From an uncultured Bacilli bacterium (GTDB lineage Bacteria; Bacillota_I; Bacilli_A; RF39; UBA660), in NCBI GenBank assembly GCA_947589105.1, contig CANQBL010000001.1:131973-195972 (forward strand): 64,000 bases of DNA, written 5' to 3'. Shown piece after piece: positions 8,324 to 17,058 of the stretch. The first letter of the stretch is position 1. Each line of letters opens with the position of its first letter. The notes under the pieces were generated by a model. That model saw nothing but the letters and a program-made list of their open reading frames with translations, did not search any database and was not told the DNA's origin. The translations under genes and the position numbers were made by a program.

Positions 8324-10415
8324 TAAATTAAAAAAAATATTATCTTTATTTGTATTAATAATAGTAACCTTCTTTATTTTTAATGATTCTTTAATTGCAG
8401 CTACCGCTCAAATACGATATGTAAAACCAACCTCAGCCAAAAATTTTCCAAATTTATCATATACTTTAAAAAGTGGTAGTAAAACAATATCAACTAAAAA
8501 TATTCAGCAATTTGCATTTATGTACAAAGATACTGCTTCTCAACAAGTTTATTGCGTAGAGCCAGATGCCCAATTAATAAATAGTGGCACTCATAATACT
8601 GGTTCTTTAGCAGATTATAATGGGAAATATATAAATACTGCCGATAAAAAAACTTTACTACAATACGTTTTAACCTTCGCACCGAAGTTAGCAAACGTAA
8701 CAACTAAAGTATCATTAGCAGATACTTCTAAAGTACTCGCAGCTCAAGCTTTAATTTGGCAAATTGGAGTAGGAGAAGTTAAATTTAATACTAATAAAAC
8801 AAAATTATCGCTTTCTGGAGATTTTTATAATAAAATAAAGAGTAATACAAATAGTGATGTTAAGAAAATTTATAGTGAGTATAACACAATTGTAACGTCG
8901 GTTAACGAAACATTTTTAAGTGCTCCAACAGGTTTTGGTACGGCATCTAAATGTGATACGGTAGCATTATCTTATGATTCAAAAACAGGTAGTTTTACTA
9001 AAACAATAAACTCAACAAAGTTTCAGTATTATGATGTATCTACTTCTCAAAATGGATTAACCATATCTAAAACTAAAAATTCAATAACTATTTCTAGTAA
9101 AGCTCCAATTAATCAAACAAATGCTAAGAGTGTTAAAATAAGTGTTCATAATAAAAATAAAGGAACTGCTCAAGCTTTTTACCATACATCACAACAGGAC
9201 GTTGTTTCAATAGTTGGTACAACTTTGGATAGATATATAAAAGTATATACACCAAAGTATCAATTAAAAATTACTAAAACTGCATCACTTGATGGCAAAA
9301 AACTAAGTGGGGTTAAGTTTAATGTCTATAATGATAATAAGTGCACAACTTTATTAGGTACCATTACAACAGATAAAAATGGAGAAGCTACATATCAAAA
9401 TATACCAGCTCCCGGCACATATTGTTTAAAAGAAGTAAAATCATCAACACCAGCTGGTTACGAAGAAAACTCAGAATCAATTTCAATAAAGGTAAACGAT
9501 TCAGATATTGCTGGTTCAAAAAGTTATGCTGCTAAAACTATAACTAATAAAAATAAAGAATTTAATTTAACTAAAAAAACAATAGATGAAAATGGTAAAG
9601 TTGTTACTCTTAACGATGGATGTGGAACAAATAATTATACCGGACCAGAGTTTGAGATTAAAGAAGGTACAAATAATTTGTATTTTAAGGAAATAAAACC
9701 TGGATATTATGACATTTCTAGTAAAGATACCGAAGGTGCGACAACAAAGCTTAAAACTTGTAATGGAGAGTTTAAAGTATATACGTTACCTAATTGTAAT
9801 TACACAATATCAGAAACTAAAGCACCAGAAGGGCTTACTTTACCATCGGAGCCAACAAAATCTGTAAATGTTTGTGGAGCAGATAAAAACGTATCTTTCA
9901 CAAATGGTTTCGCGGGATTAGAGTTTCAAAAAAAAGATGAAGATGGTAATTTTGTAGAAGGTGGTAAATTTTCTCTTCAGAAAAATATAAATAATATTTA
10001 TCGTGATATTCTATTAAAGCAAGTAAAAGAAGGATATTATATATATGATGCTAATTTAAAGGAATCTGATAAAGATGCAACATATTTAATTCTTACCGAC
10101 CAAGGAATGGCTCATATTACAAAGTTGCCTCCTGGAGAGTATAGAATTGTTGAAAAGGAAGCTCCAGAAGGTTTTGAACTTATTCAAGATAAGGATTCAA
10201 AAGCTATAGTAACTATAAAAGACAGTGATAAAAATGGTTATTATATAGTAGAAATGATTGACCAAAAAGTTAAGAAAAATGGAAGTGATTCTTCTGCAGA
10301 ACTAGTAGTAACAATTACTACAGGAAGAAAAGTTCCTAATTATATATTTATAATATCTGCTTTATTAGTTACGTTAATAGTAGTTATAATTTTAAGAAAA
10401 AGGGTAAAAAAATAG
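8316..10415 (+). CDS. Secreted surface protein (about 699 aa) with a candidate thioester-like N-terminal domain, two CnaB/SpaA prealbumin-fold domains, and a C-terminal TM plus basic tail
   Basis: Translationally coupled to the upstream gene by a 14-nt overlap. Start set at the ATG at 8316 (GGAGG plus 8 nt). Signal peptide present. Candidate thioester residues YCVEP and AAQALIW. SpaA/CnaB-like segments KFNVYNDNK...DKNGEATYQNIPAPGTYCLKEV and KFSLQKN...LPPGEYRIVEKEAPEGF. C-terminus IFIISALLVTLIVVIILRKRVKK without LPXTG. Confidence 0.65.
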   Translation: MNNKLKKILSLFVLIIVTFFIFNDSLIAATAQIRYVKPTSAKNFPNLSYTLKSGSKTISTKNIQQFAFMYKDTASQQVYCVEPDAQLINSGTHNTGSLADYNGKYINTADKKTLLQYVLTFAPKLANVTTKVSLADTSKVLAAQALIWQIGVGEVKFNTNKTKLSLSGDFYNKIKSNTNSDVKKIYSEYNTIVTSVNETFLSAPTGFGTASKCDTVALSYDSKTGSFTKTINSTKFQYYDVSTSQNGLTISKTKNSITISSKAPINQTNAKSVKISVHNKNKGTAQAFYHTSQQDVVSIVGTTLDRYIKVYTPKYQLKITKTASLDGKKLSGVKFNVYNDNKCTTLLGTITTDKNGEATYQNIPAPGTYCLKEVKSSTPAGYEENSESISIKVNDSDIAGSKSYAAKTITNKNKEFNLTKKTIDENGKVVTLNDGCGTNNYTGPEFEIKEGTNNLYFKEIKPGYYDISSKDTEGATTKLKTCNGEFKVYTLPNCNYTISETKAPEGLTLPSEPTKSVNVCGADKNVSFTNGFAGLEFQKKDEDGNFVEGGKFSLQKNINNIYRDILLKQVKEGYYIYDANLKESDKDATYLILTDQGMAHITKLPPGEYRIVEKEAPEGFELIQDKDSKAIVTIKDSDKNGYYIVEMIDQKVKKNGSDSSAELVVTITTGRKVPNYIFIISALLVTLIVVIILRKRVKK

Positions 10416-10436
10416 CAAATTATTGCTATTTTTTTG
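10406..10436 (+). terminator. Rho-independent terminator after the surface-protein operon
   Basis: A-tract, then TAGCAA-atta-TTGCTA stem including the stop codon, then T7. Confidence 0.55.
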
Positions 10437-10487
10437 TATTATATGGTAAAATTAAGTTGTTAAATAATAACTAAAAGGAGAGTTTAT

Positions 10488-10745
10488 ATGGAAATAACTA
10501 GTGTATCAGTTCAAAAAGAAACTAAAGAAAATTCCAGAATGATAGGTTATGCAGAGATAATTTTTGATGATTGTTTAAAGGTAAATGGTATTAGAATAAT
10601 AAAAGGAAATACAAAAATTTTTGCAGCAATGCCAAATAAAAAGTTACAAGATGGAAAATATAAAGACTACGTTCATCCAATTAATTCAGAATTAAGGAAA
10701 AAAATAGATGAAGCTATAGAAGAAGCTTATAATAAAGCGGAATAA
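10488..10745 (+). CDS. spoVG: Septation/sporulation regulator SpoVG
   Basis: 85 aa. IRIIKGNTKIFAAMPNKK...YKDYVHPINSELRKKIDEAI closely matches the SpoVG family. Confidence 0.9.
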   Translation: MEITSVSVQKETKENSRMIGYAEIIFDDCLKVNGIRIIKGNTKIFAAMPNKKLQDGKYKDYVHPINSELRKKIDEAIEEAYNKAE

Positions 10746-10772
10746 TATGGTAGTATATTATTCTTTTTTTTT
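10740..10772 (+). terminator. Rho-independent terminator after spoVG
   Basis: Perfect 9-bp stem GAATAATAT-ggtagt-ATATTATTC followed by T9. Confidence 0.6.
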
Positions 10773-10796
10773 AATATAATTTATCAGGAGGTCTTT

Positions 10797-11087
10797 ATGG
10801 ATAAAGATACTGATAAAGAGGAATTAATGAATCATAATATAGTGATTACGCAAAGACAAAATGTAACAATTAGTGGTATAACAAAAATAGAAAGTTTTGA
10901 TAGTGAAGAGTTTATTCTTGAAACGAATAGTGGACCATTAGGCATTAAAGGAAGAGAACTTGAGATAGTAAAATTAGATACCTATGATGGTACTATTGTT
11001 ATAAAAGGTATTATAGATGGTTTTTCTTATTTAGATGTTGGTAAGAGTAGAAAAGAAGATTCTATGATATCGAGGTTATTTAAATAA
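10797..11087 (+). CDS. yabP: Sporulation protein YabP
   Basis: KIESFDSEEFILET matches B. subtilis YabP HVDSFDSEEFLLET. 96 aa. Followed by yabQ and divIC. Confidence 0.85.
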   Translation: MDKDTDKEELMNHNIVITQRQNVTISGITKIESFDSEEFILETNSGPLGIKGRELEIVKLDTYDGTIVIKGIIDGFSYLDVGKSRKEDSMISRLFK

Positions 11088-11359
11088 TGAATTTAGAAAG
11101 TCAATTTAAAGTAATTTTTTATTCATTTATATATGGAATGTTTTTTGTGGCAACTTTTAAAGTGTTTAAAATGATAAAGATTAAAAAAATCTTCTTAAAA
11201 GTATTATTTGAACTATTATTTTGTTTTTTTCATGTAATTGTCTTTTATTCATTATTATATAGGATTGATTATGGAATCCTTAACTATTATATTGTGTTTT
11301 TTTTAATAGTTGGAGGGTCTTTTTGTCAATTATTTTACTTTAAAGACAAAAATACCTAG
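11087..11359 (+). CDS. yabQ: Spore cortex biosynthesis membrane protein YabQ
   Basis: 90-aa polytopic membrane protein immediately after yabP with overlapping stop/start. Conserved yabP-yabQ-divIC synteny. Confidence 0.65.
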   Translation: MNLESQFKVIFYSFIYGMFFVATFKVFKMIKIKKIFLKVLFELLFCFFHVIVFYSLLYRIDYGILNYYIVFFLIVGGSFCQLFYFKDKNT

Positions 11360-11409
11360 AAAATTTCTTTTTTTAATTATATAATGGATTATATAATGGA
11401 GATGGTATA

Positions 11410-11700
11410 ATGAATAACAAATTAAAAGAACGTAAACGAAGAAGAGTAGTATTAACTTCAATATTTTGTTTTTTTATAATATCGTTATCTGTTATTTTTT
11501 CAATTGGAAATGCCTTTAAAATAAGAGAAAAAACTAAAGAAAAAAAGCAATTAATTACAGAATTAGAAAATCTTCAGGAAGAAGAAAAAATTCTTTCTGA
11601 TGATGTAGAAAAATTAAAAAATCCAGAATATGCTGCAAGATATGCTAGGGAAAAATATTTATACTCTAAAAACGGAGAAAAAATACTAAAAATAGATTAA
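11410..11700 (+). CDS. divIC: Cell division protein DivIC/FtsB (septum formation initiator)
   Basis: One N-terminal TM followed by a coiled coil (ELENLQEEEKILSDDVEKLKNPEYAARYAREKY). Synteny. Confidence 0.75.
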   Translation: MNNKLKERKRRRVVLTSIFCFFIISLSVIFSIGNAFKIREKTKEKKQLITELENLQEEEKILSDDVEKLKNPEYAARYAREKYLYSKNGEKILKID

Positions 11701-11720
11701 CAAGGTTTTCCTTGTTTTTT
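11701..11720 (+). terminator. Rho-independent terminator after divIC
   Basis: CAAGG-tttt-CCTTG then T6. Confidence 0.5.
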
Positions 11721-11744
11721 GCGTTTTAATGTGATTTAATACTT

Positions 11745-12143
11745 ATGGATGTGAAGAAAGTGAATATAAGTGAAATAAACATAGGGGTTTTAGCATATTT
11801 AGGTGATACGATATATGAAAATTATGTAAGACGCTTTTTAATAAATCAAAACGTTAGTAAGGTTAATGATTTGCAGAAAGCGGCAGTTAAATATGTTAGT
11901 GCTGTTAGTCAAGCTAAATTTTTAAACAATATGTTAGATAGCAACTTTTTTACTGAAGAAGAAATTAATGTTATCAAAAGATCTAGAAATTATAAGAGCA
12001 AGTCTCATCCTAAAAATTGTGACATAATAACTTATAAATATGCAACTGCATTAGAGGCATTAATTGGCTATTTGTCATTATCAGATAGGGAAGAAAGAAT
12101 TAAAGAAATTATGGGGAATATTTTTTATGAACAAGTTTGTTAA
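11745..12143 (+). CDS. mrnC: Mini-ribonuclease 3 (Mini-III, 23S rRNA maturation)
   Basis: LAYLGDTIYENYVRRF motif (Mini-III LAYLGDAVYE). 132 aa. Position upstream of rlmB-sigH matches B. subtilis yazC. Confidence 0.8.
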   Translation: MDVKKVNISEINIGVLAYLGDTIYENYVRRFLINQNVSKVNDLQKAAVKYVSAVSQAKFLNNMLDSNFFTEEEINVIKRSRNYKSKSHPKNCDIITYKYATALEALIGYLSLSDREERIKEIMGNIFYEQVC

Positions 12144-12819
12144 ATATTTTTTAATTACGTTTATAATTATTATTTTGTTATTTGTAATTGTAAGTATTAT
12201 TTATTACTTTGTTCCTAAAAAAGTATATTCAGCTAGTGATTTTGAAATAGAAGTTCTTAAATCTAGTTATGATTATGATAATGATGGTATCGATGATTAT
12301 ACTGATATTATGTTAGGAGCAAGAAAGGATGCTAAAAAACATCCCAGGTACGATAGTAGTTATGTTGCAGGAGGTTATCCAAAAGATGACGTTGGGGTAT
12401 GTGCTGATACTGTATGGAGAGCCTTTAAAAACGCGGGTTATTCGTTAAAAGATATGATTGACTTAGATACGTTAAACAACCCTAGTGATTATTTTTCTAA
12501 AGGAGAAAAAAGGGATACTAATATTGATTTTAGAAGAGTTAGAAATCTTAAGGTATTCTTTGATAAATATGCCTATTCTCTAACTTTAAATCCTAAAGAA
12601 ATAGAAGCTTGGCAACCAGGAGATATTGTTATTTTTGGAAATAATTATAGTCATGTTGGAATTTTATCTGATAAGCGTAACAAATATGGTGTGCCCTATT
12701 TAATCCATAACGCAGGACAGCCAAAAAGAGAAGAAGATGCTTTAATTATGTGGGCCAATAATAAAACGATAACCGGACATTATCGTTGGGACGGAGGATA
12801 TTATGATAGTATATGGTAA
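12127..12819 (+). CDS. Membrane-anchored DUF1287-family protein
   Basis: Start set at the ATG at 12127 (MNKFVKYF); the track's upstream extension overlaps mrnC. N-terminal TM, then GVCADTVWRAFKNAGY and IVIFGNNYSHVGILSD motifs typical of DUF1287. Confidence 0.55.
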   Translation: MNKFVKYFLITFIIIILLFVIVSIIYYFVPKKVYSASDFEIEVLKSSYDYDNDGIDDYTDIMLGARKDAKKHPRYDSSYVAGGYPKDDVGVCADTVWRAFKNAGYSLKDMIDLDTLNNPSDYFSKGEKRDTNIDFRRVRNLKVFFDKYAYSLTLNPKEIEAWQPGDIVIFGNNYSHVGILSDKRNKYGVPYLIHNAGQPKREEDALIMWANNKTITGHYRWDGGYYDSIW

Positions 12820-13507
12820 AAACGTAGCTAAAGAAGTTTTAAAAAGTGGAAAAAATGTTGAAAAGATAATTTTAAAGGATAGTTTTGATGATAAAGAAGT
12901 GTTTTCACTAATGAAAAATAGAAATTTACCAGTAGAAAAATTAACTAAAAAGGAATTTTCCAAATTTGATAAATATCCTCATCAGGGTATAATTTTGTAC
13001 GTTGAAGATTTTAAATACACCGATTTATTGAGCCTAATAGAAAATGAATCTTCTTTGTTAATAATATTAGATCATTTAGAGGATCCTCATAATTTAGGAG
13101 CTATTATAAGGACATGCGAGGCTGCAGGGGTAGACGGTATAATTATTCCTAAGGATAGAAGTGTTGAGGTAAATTCTACGGTTATGAAAACTAGTGCTGG
13201 TGCTATAGAAAACGTTAGGATTGCTCAAGTGGTTAATTTAGGCCAAACTATAAAAAAATTAAAAGAAAATGGTTATTGGATTGTGGGTACTGATATGGAA
13301 AATAGTACTGATTATTGTAAAATAGATTATAGTGGCAAAATAGCTTTAGTAATAGGAAGTGAAGGTTTTGGAATGAGTAGTTTAGTTAAAAAAAACTGTG
13401 ATTTTATAGCTCGAATTCCAATGTATGGAAAAATAAATAGTTTAAATGCTTCAGTTGCAGCAGGAATAATGATATATGAAGTAGTAAGACAAAGAAATAA
13501 TAAGTAG
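12803..13507 (+). CDS. rlmB: 23S rRNA (guanosine-2'-O)-methyltransferase RlmB (SpoU/TrmH family)
   Basis: SpoU motifs DHLEDPHNLGAIIRTCEAAG and IALVIGSEGFGM. Position before sigH, as B. subtilis yacO. Confidence 0.85.
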   Translation: MIVYGKNVAKEVLKSGKNVEKIILKDSFDDKEVFSLMKNRNLPVEKLTKKEFSKFDKYPHQGIILYVEDFKYTDLLSLIENESSLLIILDHLEDPHNLGAIIRTCEAAGVDGIIIPKDRSVEVNSTVMKTSAGAIENVRIAQVVNLGQTIKKLKENGYWIVGTDMENSTDYCKIDYSGKIALVIGSEGFGMSSLVKKNCDFIARIPMYGKINSLNASVAAGIMIYEVVRQRNNK

Positions 13508-13517
13508 GGGGGATTTA

Positions 13518-14135
13518 ATGAAAAAACAATACGAGGACGACTTTGAGTTATTATATATGATTTCTGATAGTAATGAGCAAGCAACAGAAATTTTATTTAA
13601 AAAATACGAAGCCGTAATTGATTACTATGCCAAAAGGTATGCTCCGCTTATCGAAGGTAAAGGAATAGATTATAACGATCTATATCAGGAAGGTTTAATT
13701 GGACTTGATTCAGCAATAAAAGGATATAAAGATCAAAAAGATATAAAATTTTCTACTTTTGCCTTTGTATGTATTAAAAGAAAAATAATAACGGCGGTAA
13801 AGCAAGCAAACCGTAAAAAACACAGCATATTAAATGAATCTTATTCTATAGATTATCATAATGATGATGATGACAGGAATGGTTTTGAAAACGTAGTTTA
13901 TACTAATGATGGAGGAATAGAAGATCTTTTAGTAAGTAAGGAAAATACCGAAAACTTTAACAAAAGACTTAAAGAGGAACTAACACCTTTTGAAAAACAG
14001 GTGTACGAATTAAGATTGTATGGTTTTAATTATGATGAAATATCTAGAAATTTAAGAAAGACAACAAAATCAATAGAAAGTGCTTTATTTAGGATAAGAA
14101 TAAAGTTAAAAAAAATATTAAACGAAATAAATTGA
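13518..14135 (+). CDS. sigH: RNA polymerase sporulation sigma factor SigH
   Basis: Sigma-70 region 2 (YNDLYQEGLIGLDSAIKGY) and region 4. Located between rlmB and secE-nusG, as in Bacillus. Confidence 0.85.
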   Translation: MKKQYEDDFELLYMISDSNEQATEILFKKYEAVIDYYAKRYAPLIEGKGIDYNDLYQEGLIGLDSAIKGYKDQKDIKFSTFAFVCIKRKIITAVKQANRKKHSILNESYSIDYHNDDDDRNGFENVVYTNDGGIEDLLVSKENTENFNKRLKEELTPFEKQVYELRLYGFNYDEISRNLRKTTKSIESALFRIRIKLKKILNEIN

Positions 14136-14215
14136 CTATTTTAAAAGTTTGTGCTACTATCTAATTAGTAAGCACGAAAAGTGTTTTTTATTTTGAAATA
14201 ATAGGAGATAGTTAC

Positions 14216-14434
14216 ATGGTAAAGAAAAACAAAAAGAAAAACCTGTTTATATTTTTATCTGATTTTTTCAAAGATGTAAAAAAAGAATCCGCAAAGGTTA
14301 TGTGGACTTCTAAAAACAATTTGTTAAAATATTCGATAGCAACATTGGCATTTATGATTTTTATATGCATATTCTTTGTTGGAACAGATTTAATTATTGC
14401 ATTATTAACATATGTAAAGGAGTTAATTAGTTAA
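14216..14434 (+). CDS. secE: Preprotein translocase subunit SecE
   Basis: 72 aa, single C-terminal TM, KVMWTSKNNLLKYSIA motif, immediately upstream of nusG. Confidence 0.85.
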   Translation: MVKKNKKKNLFIFLSDFFKDVKKESAKVMWTSKNNLLKYSIATLAFMIFICIFFVGTDLIIALLTYVKELIS

Positions 14435-14435
14435 G

Positions 14436-14972
14436 ATGGAAGAAAAAAAATGGTACGTTGTTAATACTTACTCAGGACATGAGTCTAAGGTAAAAGAAAA
14501 ATTAGATATGAGAATTAATTCTATGGAAATGCAAGAAAACATATTTAGGGTAATTGTTCCTGAAAGAAAAGAAGTAGAAATAAAAGACGGTAAGAAAAAA
14601 GAAAAAATAAAAAAATTGTTTCCAGGATATGTTTTGGTAGAAATGATTATGTCAGATGAATCTTGGTATATTGTTCGTAACACCCCTGGTGTTACAGGCT
14701 TTTTAGGATCATCTGGTAAAGGAGCTAAACCAGTTCCTTTATATGATGAGGAAGTAGAAAGAATATTTAAAGAAATTGGTTATACCGGTGACAACGTAGT
14801 TGTAAATTATGAAATAGGTGATAACGTTAAGATAACTGATGGGCCATTTAAGATGCTTGCTGGTAAGATTACTGAAATCAATACTGATAAAGGTACGGCA
14901 AACGTTATAATCGACTTATTTGGACAAGAAACTAACGTTGAGTTAGAACTTACTCAATTTACAAAAGAATAA
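14436..14972 (+). CDS. nusG: Transcription termination/antitermination factor NusG
   Basis: NGN domain (WYVVNTYSGHE) and C-terminal KOW. Synteny secE-nusG-rplK. Confidence 0.95.
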   Translation: MEEKKWYVVNTYSGHESKVKEKLDMRINSMEMQENIFRVIVPERKEVEIKDGKKKEKIKKLFPGYVLVEMIMSDESWYIVRNTPGVTGFLGSSGKGAKPVPLYDEEVERIFKEIGYTGDNVVVNYEIGDNVKITDGPFKMLAGKITEINTDKGTANVIIDLFGQETNVELELTQFTKE

Positions 14973-14985
14973 AAGTAAAAAACTC

Positions 14986-15015
14986 TTGCTTTTATCATAT
15001 ATGCTGTGATAAAAT
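14986..15015 (+). promoter_or_regulatory. Candidate sigma-A promoter for rplK-rplA
   Basis: TTGCTT, then an 18-nt spacer, then TGaTAAAAT (extended -10). Confidence 0.35.
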
Positions 15016-15130
15016 TAATGCGCAGCTATATTTTATATAGATGATGAAAGAAAATTAGTGGAAGGCGCGGATTTAAAAATAAAAGCTATTTGACCACTCG
15101 CGAAAAAATAATATATAGGAGGTGTTTTTC

Positions 15131-15556
15131 GTGGCAAAGGAATTAGTAAGAAAATTAAAGTTACAATTACCAGCAGGTAAGGCTACACCTGCTCCACCAG
15201 TAGGTACTGCTCTTGGACCATTAGGAGTTAATTCTGGTGAATTTTGTGTTAAATATAATGAAGCAACTAAAGATAAGATGGGAGATATAGTTCCAGTTGA
15301 AATCTCAGTTTATGATGATAGAAGTTTTGAACTTAGATTCTTAACTCCACCAACTGCTTTCTTAATTAAGAAGATAGCTAAGATAAAAAAAGGTTCTACA
15401 AAGGGATCTTCAGAAATTGTTGGATCTATTACTACCGCACAATTAAAAGAGATTGCTGAAATTAAATTACCTGATTTAAATGCGTATACAATAGAAGAAG
15501 CTATGAAAATAGTTGCTGGTACTGCTAAAAATATGGGTATTGAAATAAAAGATTAA
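15131..15556 (+). CDS. rplK: 50S ribosomal protein L11
   Basis: Start set at the GTG at 15131 (AGGAGG at 15117-15122 plus 8 nt). Sequence [30 protein letters not shown]. Confidence 0.95.
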   Translation: MAKELVRKLKLQLPAGKATPAPPVGTALGPLGVNSGEFCVKYNEATKDKMGDIVPVEISVYDDRSFELRFLTPPTAFLIKKIAKIKKGSTKGSSEIVGSITTAQLKEIAEIKLPDLNAYTIEEAMKIVAGTAKNMGIEIKD

Positions 15557-15642
15557 TAAAAAAGAAAAAAATTTAAATTAAATTTCATATAGATTTATCT
15601 ATGTGGGAGGAAAATCCGCTTATACCACAAGGAGGTAAGAAA

Positions 15643-16341
15643 ATGAAAAAGAAAAGTAAAAAGTATACAGAAGCTTTAAGTAAATTCGAAAAAGGTAAAC
15701 CTTATTCTCTTGAAGAAGCTGTAAAATTAGTAAAAGAAACTTCCATATCTAAGTTTGATGGAACCGTTGAAATTGCTGTTAGATTAAACTTGGATACAAA
15801 GAAAAATGATCAACAATTAAGAGGAGCTATAGTGCTACCTCATGGAACAGGTAAAGCTAAGAAAGTATTAGTTTTAGCTAAAGGAGAAGCCGCAAAGGCT
15901 GCTGAAACTGCTGGAGCTGACTTTGTTGGAGATGTTGACATGATTACTAAGATTGAAAAAGAAAATTGGTTTGATTTTGATGTAATTATAGCAACACCTG
16001 AAATGATGCCACTTTTAGGTAAGTTAGGTAAAGTTTTAGGACCTAAAGGATTAATGCCTAATCCAAAAACAGGAACCGTAACAATGGATACTAAAAAAGC
16101 AGTTGAAGACGTTAAAAAGGGTCGTGTTGAATATCGTACAGATTCTTACGCAAACGTTCATGCTATTGTTGGAAAGGTTTCATTTACTGATGAGCAATTG
16201 ATGGATAACGTTAATGCGTTTATGGATGTAATTATTAAGTCAAAACCACAAGCTGCTAAAGGTATATATTTAAAGAATGTTTCTTTAGCTTCAACTATGG
16301 GTCCAGGGATCAAGGTTGATTTAACTTCATTTGACAAATAA
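15643..16341 (+). CDS. rplA: 50S ribosomal protein L1
   Basis: Start set at the ATG at 15643 (GGAGGT plus 6 nt). Sequence [12 protein letters not shown]... with typical L1 sequence. Confidence 0.95.
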   Translation: MKKKSKKYTEALSKFEKGKPYSLEEAVKLVKETSISKFDGTVEIAVRLNLDTKKNDQQLRGAIVLPHGTGKAKKVLVLAKGEAAKAAETAGADFVGDVDMITKIEKENWFDFDVIIATPEMMPLLGKLGKVLGPKGLMPNPKTGTVTMDTKKAVEDVKKGRVEYRTDSYANVHAIVGKVSFTDEQLMDNVNAFMDVIIKSKPQAAKGIYLKNVSLASTMGPGIKVDLTSFDK

Positions 16342-16540
16342 TAATAAAAGTTTTAAAATATGAATTGTTATCGCCGATATGGCATAATTATATAGTACCA
16401 AAGACAGTAGGAGCGAAATTTCGCGTAACTATATTCCTACCGAGGACAAAAAATCATAATTGGGATTTTAAGGTCTTTCATGTCTTTGATGTGAAGGCCT
16501 TTTAATTTAGGTACTTATTACTAAAGAAGGAGGGAAAAAC
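16342..16540 (+). promoter_or_regulatory. rplJ (L10) leader with attenuator-like hairpin
   Basis: 199-nt structured leader between rplA and rplJ. Hairpin AAGGTCTTTCA...TGAAGGCCTT followed by TTTTAA at about 16470-16506. The L10(L12)4 autoregulatory leader occupies this position in Firmicutes. Confidence 0.45.
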
Positions 16541-17035
16541 ATGGCAAACCAAGCGATTATAGCTAAGAAAGAAGAAATCGTTAATGAAATAGCAGAACGT
16601 GTTAAAAATTCTAATAGCGTTGTTTTGTTTGATTATCGTGGTTTAACTGATGCTGAAATAGTTGAGCTTCGTCGTAAATTACGAGATCAAGAATCTTCTT
16701 ATAAAGTATATAAAAATACTTTGACAAAAAGGGCTTTTGATAAGTTATCTATCAAATTAGATGATTGCTTAGAAGGACCTTCTGCATTAGCAACATCAGA
16801 TGATGCTATCGCTCCAATAAAAGTTTTATCTGATTTTGCTAAAGATCATCCAGCTTTGGAATTAAAAGGTGGGTACGTAGATGGAAAAGAAACAACTCTT
16901 GACGAGTTAAAAGAATTAGCAAAAGTACCATCAAGAGATGGGTTACTTACAATGTTTGCTGCTGGCTTAATGGAACATGTTAAAAATGTTGCAATATGCC
17001 TTGACTTACATAGTCAAAATCTTGAAGAAAAATAA
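16541..17035 (+). CDS. rplJ: 50S ribosomal protein L10
   Basis: 164 aa, typical L10 sequence, synteny. Confidence 0.95.
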   Translation: MANQAIIAKKEEIVNEIAERVKNSNSVVLFDYRGLTDAEIVELRRKLRDQESSYKVYKNTLTKRAFDKLSIKLDDCLEGPSALATSDDAIAPIKVLSDFAKDHPALELKGGYVDGKETTLDELKELAKVPSRDGLLTMFAAGLMEHVKNVAICLDLHSQNLEEK

Positions 17036-17058
17036 TAAAAATAGGGAGGAAATTAAAA

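Noticed and set aside
12064-12126. Upstream extension of the DUF1287 ORF (MAICHYQIGKKELKKLWGIFF), which would overlap mrnC by 80 nt
   Set aside because: There is no RBS. The internal ATG at 12127 begins the hydrophobic signal-anchor and is the more plausible start.
14136-14215. Expected rpmG (L33) between sigH and secE
   Set aside because: Only 80 nt of non-coding sequence lies between the two genes. That is too short for L33, and no ORF is present there.
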